Positions 19,761-30,028 of a DNA stretch of 64,000 bases are shown one piece after another. Made by a program: the position numbers and the translations under genes. This DNA comes from an uncultured Chitinophagaceae bacterium (GTDB taxonomy: Bacteria; Bacteroidota; Ignavibacteria; UBA10030; UBA8401): the NCBI GenBank assembly GCA_964439265.1, contig CAYTOA010000012.1, positions 11,029 to 75,028 of the forward strand, in the 5' to 3' direction. The notes under the pieces were generated by a model. The model did not search any database and was not told where the DNA came from. It saw nothing but the letters and a program-made list of their open reading frames with translations. Position 1 is the stretch's first letter. Every line of letters starts with the position of its first letter.

Positions 19761-20696
19761 TCAGGTCGTGCGTTTTGCCTGGTCGTTATATTTAAAGAAC
19801 CCTTCGCCGCTTTTTCGTCCCAGTTTTCCCTCGCGCACCATTCGGCGGAGGAGGGGGCATGGGCGGTACTTGGCTTCGCCTAATTCATGGAAGAGCGATT
19901 CCATCCACGCGAGCACTTCGTCCAAACCCATCATGTCGGCTAACTCGAGAGGGCCGTACTGAAAATTGTAGCCGAGCTTCATCGCCGTGTCGATCCCCTC
20001 AGCCGTTGCCACACCTTCCATTAATACGTGCATTGCTTCGTTCAAAAGGGGGACGATGAGCCGCGTTGTTACAAAACCGGGATACTCGAAGACCTCAACG
20101 ACGGTCTTACCGATTCTCTCGGCGAATTTTTTCACGGTGTTGAATGTTTTGTCCGAAGTTGTGGTGCCCCGCACCAATTCCACGAGCGGCACCTTGGGGA
20201 CGGGATTGAGAAAGTGCATGCCGATGACTTTATCGGAGCGCTTTGTGGCCGCAGCAAGTTTCGACAGCGTGAGCGTGGAAGTGTTGGAGACAAAAATGGT
20301 TTCGGGGTCGCACAATTCATCCAGCTCCGAAAAGATCCTTCTCTTCAATTCAAAATTCTCATCCACTGCTTCAATAATGATGTTGCATTGCGCCGCATTT
20401 TTAAAATTGACCGATCCGTGAATACGTGAGAGCGTTGAGTTCTTCTCGCTTTTTGTCAACGTCCACCGATGGATCTCCCGGTCCATGCTGTCCCTGAGAA
20501 TTCCGGTCATTGTCTCGAGTTGCTTCTCGTTTTTTTCAATTGCGACAACTTCAATACCGTGGGAGGCGATAGTTTCCGCAATGCCCTGCCCCATCACTCC
20601 GAGTCCTATGACGGCGACAGCATTGATGCCGTCCTGGTCGTTTTTTTCAAGCTTGAGATCGCTGAGAATGTCTTCTATCTTAATATTCGTTGCCAT
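19761..20696 (-). CDS. hbd: 3-hydroxyacyl/3-hydroxybutyryl-CoA dehydrogenase
   Basis: VAVIGLGVMGQGIAE (Rossmann), ...GMHFLNPVPKVPLVELVRG..., GFVTTRLIVPLLNEA, MKLGYNFQYGPLELADMMGLD. Confidence 0.85.
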   Translation of the reverse strand: MATNIKIEDILSDLKLEKNDQDGINAVAVIGLGVMGQGIAETIASHGIEVVAIEKNEKQLETMTGILRDSMDREIHRWTLTKSEKNSTLSRIHGSVNFKNAAQCNIIIEAVDENFELKRRIFSELDELCDPETIFVSNTSTLTLSKLAAATKRSDKVIGMHFLNPVPKVPLVELVRGTTTSDKTFNTVKKFAERIGKTVVEVFEYPGFVTTRLIVPLLNEAMHVLMEGVATAEGIDTAMKLGYNFQYGPLELADMMGLDEVLAWMESLFHELGEAKYRPCPLLRRMVREGKLGRKSGEGFFKYNDQAKRTT

Positions 20697-21082
20697 TGGC
20701 AGATTGTCCGTTCATGAAAATAAATGTAAATGCCCAAATTCTAGGGCAAAAGTAGTGCCACTCATTTGATCGCTCAGATTTCCACATAATCAACTTCTCT
20801 AGACGAAGAATTGGTGAAATTGATAAAAATCCTGGTTAAACTTACCCAAAAATGGAACGCAAGTCAACAAGGCCAAGAACCGATGCCATGGTTTCATCCG
20901 GTTGATTCTCTGAGGATAGATATGATAACATCAATCGTCTCGTGGCTTGACATTCGGGCCACGATTGATTATTTTTATAAAGATTCTTCATAGTGGGAAA
21001 CGATTTACCACGGGCAATTGTTATTGTAATTGAGTGTATTTTTTTGCGGGTAAATCGGACATAATCGGTCGGGTATACGTAG

Positions 21083-21487
21083 ATGCTAAAATTGTCCAAA
21101 CGAGTCGAATATGGATTGATCGCGATACGGCATATTGCCGCCGCAGAGTCGGGGAAGATGTCGACTGCGAAGGAAATAGCCGACCGGTACAAGATTCCGT
21201 ACGAACTCCTGGCAAAAGTGATGCAGAGGCTGGCAAAGAGAGGTTTGATTGTATCCCACCAGGGAGTGTACGGCGGTTATACCTTAGCGAAGGGTGCCGG
21301 CGATCTTTCGATCTCTGCGATCATCCATGCTATTGAGGACCATCTGCCTGCGATCACGCAATGCATCGCAGAAAGCCCGGATAGCTGTTCCATCTATGAT
21401 AATTGTACCATTAAGAACCCTCTTGGAAAAATTCAGTTGAACATTGACCAAGTCTTTCAAACGATGAAACTTTCAGAGATTGTCTGA
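21083..21487 (+). CDS. Rrf2-family transcriptional regulator (IscR-like)
   Basis: MLKLSKRVEYGLIAIRHIA...STAKEIADRYKIPYELLAKVMQRL. Cys residues CIAESPDSCSIYDNC are consistent with a cluster-binding Rrf2 protein. Lies directly upstream of iscS. Confidence 0.8.
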   Translation: MLKLSKRVEYGLIAIRHIAAAESGKMSTAKEIADRYKIPYELLAKVMQRLAKRGLIVSHQGVYGGYTLAKGAGDLSISAIIHAIEDHLPAITQCIAESPDSCSIYDNCTIKNPLGKIQLNIDQVFQTMKLSEIV

Positions 21488-21489
21488 CA

Positions 21490-22710
21490 ATGAAGCTTCC
21501 CGTTTACATGGATAATCATGCAACGACACAGGTCGACCGTCGGGTAGTCGACGTGATGATTCCATATTTTACGGAACATTTCGGCAATGCCGCAAGCCGC
21601 CAACATCGGTTTGGCTGGGTGGCTGAAGCGGCGGTAGAGAACGCGCGGAATATGATTGGGCGGGTCATCAACGCGGAAGCGAAAGAAATTATCTTTACGA
21701 GCGGAGCGACCGAATCGAACAACCTTGCACTCAAGGGTATCGCTGAAGCCTATGCAAGAAAAGGAAAGCATATCATTACGGCGAAAACAGAACACAGGTC
21801 GATTCTTGATGTGTGCGCCATGCTGGAACGATCGGGTTTTCGCGTTACAACCCTGGATGTAGATCAGTTGGGAACGGTACGACCGCAGGCTGTCCGCGAG
21901 GCAATTACCGACGAGACGATTCTTGTCTCGATCATGATGGCCAACAATGAGATCGGGACAATCGCGCCACTTTCAGAAATCGGCAGCATCTGCCTGGAAC
22001 GAGGAATTCTTCTCCATACCGACGCGGCCCAGTGCGTAGGAAAAATTCCGATCGATGTCCAAACCCTGAATATCCATTGCATGTCCCTCAGCGCTCACAA
22101 AGTGTACGGTCCCAAAGGCGTCGGTGCGCTGTACATTCGAAACAAGAATCCGCATGTGAAGATCATTCCCCAAATGGATGGCGGAGGGCATGAGCGGGGA
22201 ATGCGTTCAGGAACGCTGAACGTCCCGGCGATCGTTGGTTTTGCAGAAGCTGTTCGCCTGGCCTCTGAGGAATATGACGATGAATTTGCGCGCGTTGGCG
22301 GACTTCGAAACAGAATGGAAAAGATCTTGCTTTCGGTCGAGGGCGCTCAGCGGAACGGAGATCCGGCAAATCGATTATGCAACAATCTGAACGTTACATT
22401 TCCGTACGTTCATGCCGACGACTTGATAACAGCTTTGAAAGACGATGTAGCGGTTTCATCGGGCTCCGCATGTTCGTCCGCAGATGCCAACGGAGAAAAA
22501 GTTTCGCACGTTTTGAGCGCTATCGGTCTTGACGATGAACTTGCCCGCTGCACCATCCGGGCCGGGCTCGGCAGATCTAACACAGAAGAAGAGGTCGAAT
22601 ATGCAGGGAAGAAAATAGTAGAAACAGTTCAGCGGCTCCGCGACGCATCGCCGCAGTACCAACTCGTGACGAAGAAAAGGCTTTTTCCAGTGACAGCATT
22701 GATTCATTAA
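21490..22710 (+). CDS. iscS: Cysteine desulfurase, IscS/NifS type (class I)
   Basis: VYMDNHATT, FTSGATESNN, SAHKVYGPKGVGALY (PLP Lys), SSGSACSS (active-site Cys loop). Confidence 0.9.
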   Translation: MKLPVYMDNHATTQVDRRVVDVMIPYFTEHFGNAASRQHRFGWVAEAAVENARNMIGRVINAEAKEIIFTSGATESNNLALKGIAEAYARKGKHIITAKTEHRSILDVCAMLERSGFRVTTLDVDQLGTVRPQAVREAITDETILVSIMMANNEIGTIAPLSEIGSICLERGILLHTDAAQCVGKIPIDVQTLNIHCMSLSAHKVYGPKGVGALYIRNKNPHVKIIPQMDGGGHERGMRSGTLNVPAIVGFAEAVRLASEEYDDEFARVGGLRNRMEKILLSVEGAQRNGDPANRLCNNLNVTFPYVHADDLITALKDDVAVSSGSACSSADANGEKVSHVLSAIGLDDELARCTIRAGLGRSNTEEEVEYAGKKIVETVQRLRDASPQYQLVTKKRLFPVTALIH

Positions 22711-22730
22711 AATAGAAGAATACGCTCTCG

Positions 22731-23012
22731 ATGAAAAAATCAGCGACAATTATCAACAACCAGGTCGAGTTCCTTCATTTTCTGAAGGCAAAATTCCCTT
22801 TGTACCATTTATCGAATTTCTTTTTCCGCGACCTGCATTACGGCATCATCAGCTTTTTTGAACAGAAGCACCTGAAGATCGGTTATGGCGATGCAGAGCA
22901 TGTCGCCCGCGAAGTCGCGCAGCATTTCGAAAAGCAGAATATTTTTAAGAAAGTGAACCAGCAGGGATGGGTGCTGCAATATCCAGAGTTCACGGCAAAG
23001 AAAGCATCCTAG
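22731..23012 (+). CDS. Hypothetical 93-aa protein embedded in the isc/suf cluster
   Basis: Clean ORF filling the iscS-sufA gap on the same strand. No family recognised. Confidence 0.5.
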   Translation: MKKSATIINNQVEFLHFLKAKFPLYHLSNFFFRDLHYGIISFFEQKHLKIGYGDAEHVAREVAQHFEKQNIFKKVNQQGWVLQYPEFTAKKAS

Positions 23013-23086
23013 AATAAATTAAGAATTAAGAATTAGGAATAAAGAAACAAAAAATAAGAATTTACAATCAAGAAGGAGTAGTAACT

Positions 23087-23467
23087 ATGTCTGAAGTGCT
23101 TATTGCGCAGGGACCGCAACCGCAAACGACGATTCCGGATGAGATCCAATTAACGGAGAAGGCAGCAGCGGAAGTAAGAAATATCAAATCATCCAATAAC
23201 ATCCCGGAGTCGCATGGCTTGCGTCTTGGCGTCAAGGGCGGAGGGTGTTCAGGAATGACGTACGTCCTCGCGTTCGACGAGAAGCCGAATGAAAAAGACA
23301 ATGTACTTGACCTTCAGGGCATTAAAGTATTCGTGGATCAGAAAAGCATGTTCTATCTCTCGGGAACCGTGTTGGATTTCACCGACGGGCTGAACGGGCG
23401 CGGATTCGTTTTCAATAATCCCCAGGCGGCAAAGACCTGCGGATGCGGCAGTTCGTTCGGCGTATGA
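23087..23467 (+). CDS. Fe-S cluster insertion/A-type carrier protein (IscA/SufA/ErpA family)
   Basis: LRLGVKGGGCSGMTY...FNNPQAAKTCGCGSSFGV (C-X..-CGCG motif of HesB/IscA). SD AAGGAG upstream. Confidence 0.9.
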   Translation: MSEVLIAQGPQPQTTIPDEIQLTEKAAAEVRNIKSSNNIPESHGLRLGVKGGGCSGMTYVLAFDEKPNEKDNVLDLQGIKVFVDQKSMFYLSGTVLDFTDGLNGRGFVFNNPQAAKTCGCGSSFGV

Positions 23468-23501
23468 ATTGGAAACAGACAAACTTTAGATTGGAGTTCT
23501 G

Positions 23502-24941
23502 ATGCAAGAATCAATGGAGACCCTTGTCAACCAGGAATACAAGTACGGTTTCGTCACCGATATCGATACCGATGCCATCCCGAAGGGTCTGAGCGAAGAT
23601 GTCATACGCCTGATTTCGCACAAAAAGAACGAACCGGAATTTATGCTCGATTGGCGGCTCAAGGCATACCGCCATTGGCTGACGTTGAAAGACGAGCCGC
23701 ATTGGCAAAATTTTACTTATCCGGCCATCGACTACCAGAATATCATCTACTATGCGGCACCGCGGAAGAAGCCGCAAGTCAACAGCCTTGAGGAGGTCGA
23801 CAAGGAAATTCTCGCGACCTATGAGAAGCTGGGTATCTCGATCACCGAACAGAAGCGAATGAGCGGCGTTGCGGTTGACGCGATCTTCGACAGTGTCTCT
23901 GTGGCAACGACGTTCCGGGAGAAACTTGGCGAACTTGGAATTATCTTTTGTTCCTTCTCCGAAGCGGTGCAGCATCATCCCGACCTGGTGAAGAAATATC
24001 TCGGCTCGGTCGTTCCGTATACCGATAATTTTTTTGCGACGCTCAACGCGGCAGTATTCAGTGACGGCTCGTTTTGTTTTATTCCGAAGGGTGTTCGCTG
24101 TCCGATGGAGCTCTCGACCTATTTCCGAATCAATACAGCAGAGACGGGCCAGTTCGAGCGGACGCTCATCGTGGCCGAAGAGGGAGCCAGCGTGAGCTAC
24201 CTTGAAGGATGCACGGCGCCGATCCGGGATACCAATCAGCTTCACGCTGCTGTGGTCGAGCTGGTCGCGCTGGACGATGCGCAGATAAAATATTCGACCG
24301 TTCAGAATTGGTATGCCGGAGACAAAGAAGGAAAAGGCGGCATCTATAATTTTGTCACAAAACGGGGAAAGTGCCTCGGCAAGAATTCAAAAATTTCCTG
24401 GACACAGGTCGAAACCGGCTCGGCGATCACCTGGAAATACCCGAGTGTGATCCTGCAGGGAGATAATTCGGTCGGGGAATTCTATTCCGTTGCCGTCGTC
24501 AACAACCGCCAGGTTGCAGACACCGGCACGAAGATGACCCATATCGGAAAAAATACGAAAAGCACGATTATCTCAAAAGGCATTTCAGCGGGGTTCGGCG
24601 GCAACACGTACCGCGGCTCCGTAAAAGTTTTGCCGAATGCGACGAATGCACGAAATTATACGCAGTGCGATTCGATGCTTATCGGAGACCGGTGCAGCGC
24701 GAACACTTTTCCGTACATCGAGGTTCGAAACACTTCATCGAGTGTCGAGCATGAAGCTTCGACGTCAAAAATAGGCGAGGATCAGCTCTTCTATTGCAAA
24801 CAGCGCGGCATCGACACCGAAAATGCGATCTCCATGATCGTCAACGGCTTCGCAAAAGAAGTCTTCAAGAACCTTCCGATGGAATTTGCCGTTGAAGCGC
24901 AGAAGCTGCTGGGAATCAGTCTTGAAGGCAGCGTTGGTTGA
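23502..24941 (+). CDS. sufB: Fe-S cluster assembly scaffold SufB
   Basis: 479 aa. [16 protein letters not shown], ...YLEGCTAP..., [41 protein letters not shown]. Confidence 0.95.
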   Translation: MQESMETLVNQEYKYGFVTDIDTDAIPKGLSEDVIRLISHKKNEPEFMLDWRLKAYRHWLTLKDEPHWQNFTYPAIDYQNIIYYAAPRKKPQVNSLEEVDKEILATYEKLGISITEQKRMSGVAVDAIFDSVSVATTFREKLGELGIIFCSFSEAVQHHPDLVKKYLGSVVPYTDNFFATLNAAVFSDGSFCFIPKGVRCPMELSTYFRINTAETGQFERTLIVAEEGASVSYLEGCTAPIRDTNQLHAAVVELVALDDAQIKYSTVQNWYAGDKEGKGGIYNFVTKRGKCLGKNSKISWTQVETGSAITWKYPSVILQGDNSVGEFYSVAVVNNRQVADTGTKMTHIGKNTKSTIISKGISAGFGGNTYRGSVKVLPNATNARNYTQCDSMLIGDRCSANTFPYIEVRNTSSSVEHEASTSKIGEDQLFYCKQRGIDTENAISMIVNGFAKEVFKNLPMEFAVEAQKLLGISLEGSVG

Positions 24942-25024
24942 CAATTTACAATGAACAATCAACAAGTAACAGCTAGAAGCTAAAACCTAACACCCCAGAA
25001 CGAACAACAAAGGAAACGGATCGA

Positions 25025-25786
25025 ATGCTCGAAATAAAAAACCTCCACGCGAATGTTGCGGGAAAAGAAATCTTAAAAGGAATCAACCTCACTGTCAACG
25101 CCGGCGAAGTCCATGCAGTGATGGGGCCGAACGGCTCCGGAAAAAGCACGCTCGCGCAGGTGCTCGCTGGTCATCCTTCGTATGAAGTTACTGAAGGTTC
25201 GGTTTTGTATCATGGGAAAGATCTGCTGGAAATGGCTCCCGAAATACGCGCTCAGGAGGGGGTGTTTCTGGCATTCCAATATCCGGTAGAGATTCCGGGA
25301 GTGAGCAATAGTTATTTTCTGAAAGCCGGAGTCAACGAAATTCGGAAGCACAACGGACTTGAGCCGCTCGATGCGATGCAGTTTCTCAAGGTTCTCAAAG
25401 AAAAGATGAAACTGGTCGAGATGGATCCAAGCTTTATTAACCGTCCAGTGAACGAAGGTTTTTCCGGCGGAGAAAAGAAGCGCAACGAAATTCTGCAGAT
25501 GGCGGTTCTCGAGCCAAAGCTTGCGATCCTCGACGAAACGGATTCCGGGCTGGATATCGACGCGTTGAAGATCGTCGCAAATGGGGTTAACCAGCTTAAG
25601 AAACCGGACAATGCAGTTATCGTTGTGACACACTACCAGCGTTTGCTGAATTACATTGTCCCCGATTTTGTCCATGTCCTGGTCAACGGACGGATCGTAA
25701 AATCGGGAGGCAAAGAACTCGCGCTCGAACTCGAGGCGAACGGGTACGATAACGTGAAGGAAGAAGCTGAATCGTTAGCCGGCTGA
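25025..25786 (+). CDS. sufC: Fe-S cluster assembly ATPase SufC
   Basis: GPNGSGKSTLAQVLAGHP (Walker A), NEGFSGGEKKRNEILQ (signature), ILDETDSGLDIDA (Walker B). Confidence 0.95.
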   Translation: MLEIKNLHANVAGKEILKGINLTVNAGEVHAVMGPNGSGKSTLAQVLAGHPSYEVTEGSVLYHGKDLLEMAPEIRAQEGVFLAFQYPVEIPGVSNSYFLKAGVNEIRKHNGLEPLDAMQFLKVLKEKMKLVEMDPSFINRPVNEGFSGGEKKRNEILQMAVLEPKLAILDETDSGLDIDALKIVANGVNQLKKPDNAVIVVTHYQRLLNYIVPDFVHVLVNGRIVKSGGKELALELEANGYDNVKEEAESLAG

Positions 25787-25812
25787 TTCATCTAAAAAGT
25801 TCATAGGACAAA

Positions 25813-27189
25813 ATGCAGTCATCTCAAGAAATAGAAAAATACGTCTCAGACTTTCACGTGTTTGAAAACAACGGAGCCGGTCATGATCCGGCATGGCTGA
25901 AGAGTTTGCGGCTTGCCGCCATCGGGAAATTTACTGAATTAGGATTTCCCACGATCAAGCAGGAGGATTGGCGCTTTACGAACATCCTTCCCTTGACGAA
26001 GACTCATTTCCATCGTGCCTTGAAGAGGGGCTCTCCGAGTGTGCACCTGGATGGACTCCGCAAATACATTATTGAAGGAAGTTCAAAGAGCATTCTCGTC
26101 TTCGTGGACGGACATTACAGTCAGGTACTTTCCAACGTCTCGGGTCTGCCGAAAGAACTTGTTGCCGGTGGACTGGCGGATGCTTTTGCGGCACACGGGG
26201 ATATCGTGCGGGAGCATCTCGGCAAACATATTCCGTTACAAAGCCATCCGTTCGCGGCATTGAACAGTGCGTTCATTCATGACGGCGCATTCGTGTACGT
26301 GCCCGAGGGAACAATTACCTCATCGCCCATCCAAATGCTTTTTGTCTCCGCAGGGGAGAGCGACGGCCATACCGCTGCCTATCCGCGAAATCTCATCATC
26401 GTGGAGAAGAATGCGACGGCAACATTCATTGAAAGCTATGTCTCGTTGTCCGAAGACGTTTATTTCACGAATACCGTCTCAGAAATATTTGTTGGAAAAG
26501 AATCGGCGGTTGATTTCGTGAAAATCCAGCGTGAGAGTGAACAAGCGTTTCACGTCGGCACGATGCAGGTCGAACAGGGGAGCCGGAGCAGATTCACCGG
26601 GTTCAGCCTCGCCCTCGGTGCATCGATCGCCAGGAACGACATCAACATCGCCGTGAACGGCGAACAATGCGAGACGATGCTCGACGGCCTCTACCTGACG
26701 GCAAACGAGCAGCTTGTCGATCACCATACGTTTATCGACCACACGGAGCCAAATTGCTCGAGCCGCGAGATCTTCAAGGGAATCATCACAGGCTCCGCGC
26801 GCTCTGTCTTCAACGGAAAGATCTTTGTGAGAAGAAAAGCGCAAAAGACCGATTCCAAACAAACGAACAAGAATTTGCTGCTTTCAGATAAAGCGACGGT
26901 CGACACAAAACCGCAGCTTGAAATATTCGCCGACGATGTGAAGTGCACGCACGGAGCGACCGTCGGCGGATTGGATGCAGCCTCGCTTTTCTACGTGAAA
27001 AGCAGGGGAATCAGCGAAGAAGCCGGGCGGGCGTTGTTGACTGTCGGCTTTGCCGGCGAGGCGACAAACTACATCAACGACGAGGCGGTGCGCAAGCATG
27101 TCGATTCGCTCGTCATTGAACGGCTCCAGGAAAAAGTTGTAAAGACAGCATTGCCGGAAATTGTTCACTCCGAAACGAAATCGTTATGA
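25813..27189 (+). CDS. sufD: Fe-S cluster assembly protein SufD
   Basis: 458 aa. The C-terminal beta-helix region is homologous to SufB (SKQTNKNLLLSDKATVDTKPQLEIFADDVKCTHGATVG). Position between sufC and sufS. Confidence 0.9.
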   Translation: MQSSQEIEKYVSDFHVFENNGAGHDPAWLKSLRLAAIGKFTELGFPTIKQEDWRFTNILPLTKTHFHRALKRGSPSVHLDGLRKYIIEGSSKSILVFVDGHYSQVLSNVSGLPKELVAGGLADAFAAHGDIVREHLGKHIPLQSHPFAALNSAFIHDGAFVYVPEGTITSSPIQMLFVSAGESDGHTAAYPRNLIIVEKNATATFIESYVSLSEDVYFTNTVSEIFVGKESAVDFVKIQRESEQAFHVGTMQVEQGSRSRFTGFSLALGASIARNDINIAVNGEQCETMLDGLYLTANEQLVDHHTFIDHTEPNCSSREIFKGIITGSARSVFNGKIFVRRKAQKTDSKQTNKNLLLSDKATVDTKPQLEIFADDVKCTHGATVGGLDAASLFYVKSRGISEEAGRALLTVGFAGEATNYINDEAVRKHVDSLVIERLQEKVVKTALPEIVHSETKSL

Positions 27190-28460
27190 AACCTTCAGTT
27201 GAAACCATAGTGAAAGAAACGGGGCGCAACGGCGAGGCTGTCTTTGATGTCGCGCGTCTCCGGGAGGATTTTCCGATCCTTCAACAAAAAGTCCACGGCA
27301 AACCGCTTGTCTATCTCGACAACGCCGCGACAAGCCAGAAACCCCAGGTGGTGATCGACGCGCTGACAAAATATTATTCGTCGCAGAATGCCAATATCCA
27401 CCGCGGAGTTCACGCGTTAAGCGAACTTGCAACATACGAATATGAAAAGGCGCGCGGCAAGGTGAAGTTGTTTTTGAACGCCGCTGAATCAAAGGAAATA
27501 ATTTTTGTCCGCGGGACGACCGAAGGGATAAATCTTGTCGCCCAGAGTTATGGAAGGAAATACATAAAAGCGGGGGACGAGATCATCATCTCGGCGATGG
27601 AGCATCATTCGAACATCGTTCCATGGCAGCTCCTCTGCGAACAGACCGGGGGAGTTCTGCGAGTGATCCCGATGAACGACGACGGCGAATTGTTAATGGA
27701 CGAATACGAAAAATTGTTGAATAAGAAAACAAAATTCGTTTCCGTCGTTTATCTCTCAAATTCTCTCGGCACCATCAATCCGATCAAACAGATCATTGCA
27801 CGCGCTCATCAATTCGGCATTCCGGTTCTTGTCGACGGCGCTCAGTCAACGCCCCACATCGCGTTGGATGTCCAAGACCTAAATTGTGATTTCTACGCCT
27901 TTTCGGGTCACAAAGTTTGCGGGCCAACGGGCATCGGAGTCCTGTATGGAAAAGCGGATTTGCTGGAGTCGATGCCGCCATACCAGGGGGGCGGAGATAT
28001 GATCAGTTCGGTGACGTTCGAGAAAACAACCTACAATGCGCTTCCGTACAAATTCGAGGCGGGGACGCCCAATATTGCCGATACGATCGCGTTCGGAGTC
28101 GCCCTCGATTACGTCAACAACATCGGATTGAAAGCGATCTCTTCATACGAACACGATCTGGTAACCTACGCAACAGAGAAGCTTTCAGCCATCGAAGGAG
28201 TGCGCATTATCGGAACGGCGAAGAAGAAATCGAGCGTCATATCGTTCATCATGGGAAGCATTCATGCCCACGATGTCGGAACCATCGTCGACCGCGAGGG
28301 GATTGCGATCCGAACCGGCCATCACTGCACACAGCCGGTGATGCAGCGATTTGGAATTCCTGCGACGGCACGGGCATCGTTTGCATTCTACAATACAATG
28401 GAAGAGGTTGACGCGCTTGCAGGTGCACTTCTGAAAGTTAAGGAGATTTTTGGTTCATGA
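27186..28460 (+). CDS. sufS: Cysteine desulfurase SufS (class II)
   Basis: YLDNAATSQKP, HRGVHALS, FSGHKVCGPTGIGVLYG (PLP Lys), RTGHHCTQP (active-site Cys). Confidence 0.95.
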   Translation: MKPSVETIVKETGRNGEAVFDVARLREDFPILQQKVHGKPLVYLDNAATSQKPQVVIDALTKYYSSQNANIHRGVHALSELATYEYEKARGKVKLFLNAAESKEIIFVRGTTEGINLVAQSYGRKYIKAGDEIIISAMEHHSNIVPWQLLCEQTGGVLRVIPMNDDGELLMDEYEKLLNKKTKFVSVVYLSNSLGTINPIKQIIARAHQFGIPVLVDGAQSTPHIALDVQDLNCDFYAFSGHKVCGPTGIGVLYGKADLLESMPPYQGGGDMISSVTFEKTTYNALPYKFEAGTPNIADTIAFGVALDYVNNIGLKAISSYEHDLVTYATEKLSAIEGVRIIGTAKKKSSVISFIMGSIHAHDVGTIVDREGIAIRTGHHCTQPVMQRFGIPATARASFAFYNTMEEVDALAGALLKVKEIFGS

Positions 28461-28930
28461 GCAGCGATCTTAACGAACTTTATCAGCAGTTGATTCTCGA
28501 CCACAACAAGAGTCCGCGAAATTTTGGGAAGCTGGAACACGCCACAAATCATGCCGAAGGCTACAATCCCTTGTGCGGTGACCACTTCACCGTCTTCGTC
28601 GAAATGGACGGAGACGTGATCAAGAACGTGAGTTTTCAAGGTTCGGGGTGTGCAATATCGAAGGCTTCTGCTTCGATGATGACCACGGCGGTGAAAGGGA
28701 CAAAGAAGGAGGAGGCCGAGAAACTTTTCGAGAAGTTTCATTCCGTCGTTACGCGTGACATCCACAAGGAAGTCGATGATCTCGAAGATCTTGGATGCCT
28801 AGGAGCACTTGCCGGGGTTGCGGAGTTCCCTGCCCGTATTAAGTGTGCGAGCCTGGCGTGGCATGCACTTCATTCGGCGCTGAAGTCGGATGGGGCAGTC
28901 GTTTCGACAGAAGATGCGAAGCTTAATTGA
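28457..28930 (+). CDS. sufU: SUF-system NifU/IscU-like sulfur acceptor SufU
   Basis: LYQQLILDHNKSPRNFG, NPLCGD, GSGCAISKASASMM, RIKCASLAW. Confidence 0.9.
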   Translation: MSSDLNELYQQLILDHNKSPRNFGKLEHATNHAEGYNPLCGDHFTVFVEMDGDVIKNVSFQGSGCAISKASASMMTTAVKGTKKEEAEKLFEKFHSVVTRDIHKEVDDLEDLGCLGALAGVAEFPARIKCASLAWHALHSALKSDGAVVSTEDAKLN

Positions 28931-28949
28931 TCAGCGATGAGATGATACC

Positions 28950-29285
28950 ATGGGCGATTCAGATTTCAATACTTTCGAATTGTTAATAGTAAAAGACCAG
29001 GTGATCCAGGCATTGAAAACCTGTTTTGATCCTGAGATCCCGGTAAACATCCACGAGTTGGGACTTATTTATTCGGTCGATGTTGACAATGCGGGTGTCG
29101 TGCAGATCAAGATGACGCTAACTTCGCCTGCATGCCCTGCAGCGCAGAGCCTGCCGCCGGAAGTCAAACAGAAAGTCGAAGCAGTGAAGGGCGTCACCTC
29201 TGCGCAGGTCGATGTTGTCTGGGAACCTCGATGGGATCCGAGCATGATGTCCGAAGAAGCGAAGCTTGCCTTGAACATGTATTGA
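28950..29285 (+). CDS. DUF59 / SufT-YitW-like Fe-S assembly protein
   Basis: 111 aa. DPEIPVNIHELGLIYSV...MTLTSPACPAA...VVWEPRWDPSMMSEEAKL is typical of MIP18/DUF59. Confidence 0.85.
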   Translation: MGDSDFNTFELLIVKDQVIQALKTCFDPEIPVNIHELGLIYSVDVDNAGVVQIKMTLTSPACPAAQSLPPEVKQKVEAVKGVTSAQVDVVWEPRWDPSMMSEEAKLALNMY

Positions 29286-29356
29286 CGTTTGTCTCGTAAG
29301 AATTACGACGAACATTTTCAACTAAAACCCCATTACTATCACAAGGAGATTCTACA

Positions 29357-29971
29357 ATGGCGTTCACAGTACCCCCGCTTCCATATGCGTTTGATGCACT
29401 CGAACCATATATCGATGCTAAGACGATGGAAATTCATCATGACAAGCATCATGGTGCATATGTCACCAATTTGAACAACGCTCTAGCGAACAATCCGGAG
29501 TTGCAGACCAAAACGGCGGAAGAATTAATAAAATCGTTGAGTTCTCTCCCCGAGGCGATTCGTACAGCCGTGCGTAACAACGGCGGCGGTCATGTCAATC
29601 ATTCGATGTTCTGGCAGCAGTTGAAAGCCGGAGTCAAAGAGCCAACCTCAGGCAAACTCATCACGTCGATCAACAGCGTATTCGGTTCAGCGGCGGCGTT
29701 TAAAGAACAGTTCAACAAGGCGGGCCTAGGACGTTTCGGTTCCGGGTGGGCGTGGCTCGTCGTCGGCAAAGACAAAAAGCTTGCGATCGTTTCGACTGCA
29801 AATCAAGATAACCCGCTGACCGACGGCGCAACTCCTGTACTCGGATGCGATGTGTGGGAGCACGCATATTACCTGAAGTATCAGAACCGGCGTGCGGACT
29901 ACCTCACAGCATTTTGGAGCGTAGTAAATTGGTCCGACGTCTCCGACCGGTTTGATGCGGCTTCAAAATAA
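29357..29971 (+). CDS. Fe/Mn superoxide dismutase
   Basis: [30 protein letters not shown], ...[11 protein letters not shown], ...[18 protein letters not shown]. Confidence 0.95.
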   Translation: MAFTVPPLPYAFDALEPYIDAKTMEIHHDKHHGAYVTNLNNALANNPELQTKTAEELIKSLSSLPEAIRTAVRNNGGGHVNHSMFWQQLKAGVKEPTSGKLITSINSVFGSAAAFKEQFNKAGLGRFGSGWAWLVVGKDKKLAIVSTANQDNPLTDGATPVLGCDVWEHAYYLKYQNRRADYLTAFWSVVNWSDVSDRFDAASK

Positions 29972-29986
29972 AATGAGATAATGAAA

Positions 29987-30018
29987 ACGGGAGACGATCG
30001 GAATCGTCTCCTGTTTTC
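29987..30018 (+). terminator. Rho-independent terminator after the SOD gene
   Basis: ACGGGAGACGAT-cgga-ATCGTCTCCTGT stem-loop followed by TTTT. It lies inside the 5' end of the long track ORF 29981-30667, which argues for the later ATG of that gene. Confidence 0.65.
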
Positions 30019-30028
30019 GTATCACCCT

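Noticed and set aside
23014-23046. AT-rich heptamer tandem (AATTAAG AATTAAG AATTAGG AATAAAG)
   Set aside because: It is a very short, low-complexity AT-rich spacer upstream of sufA. The sequence alone gives too little information to assign a function.
23511-24245. 244-aa minus-strand ORF
   Set aside because: It is antisense within sufB and is a shadow ORF.
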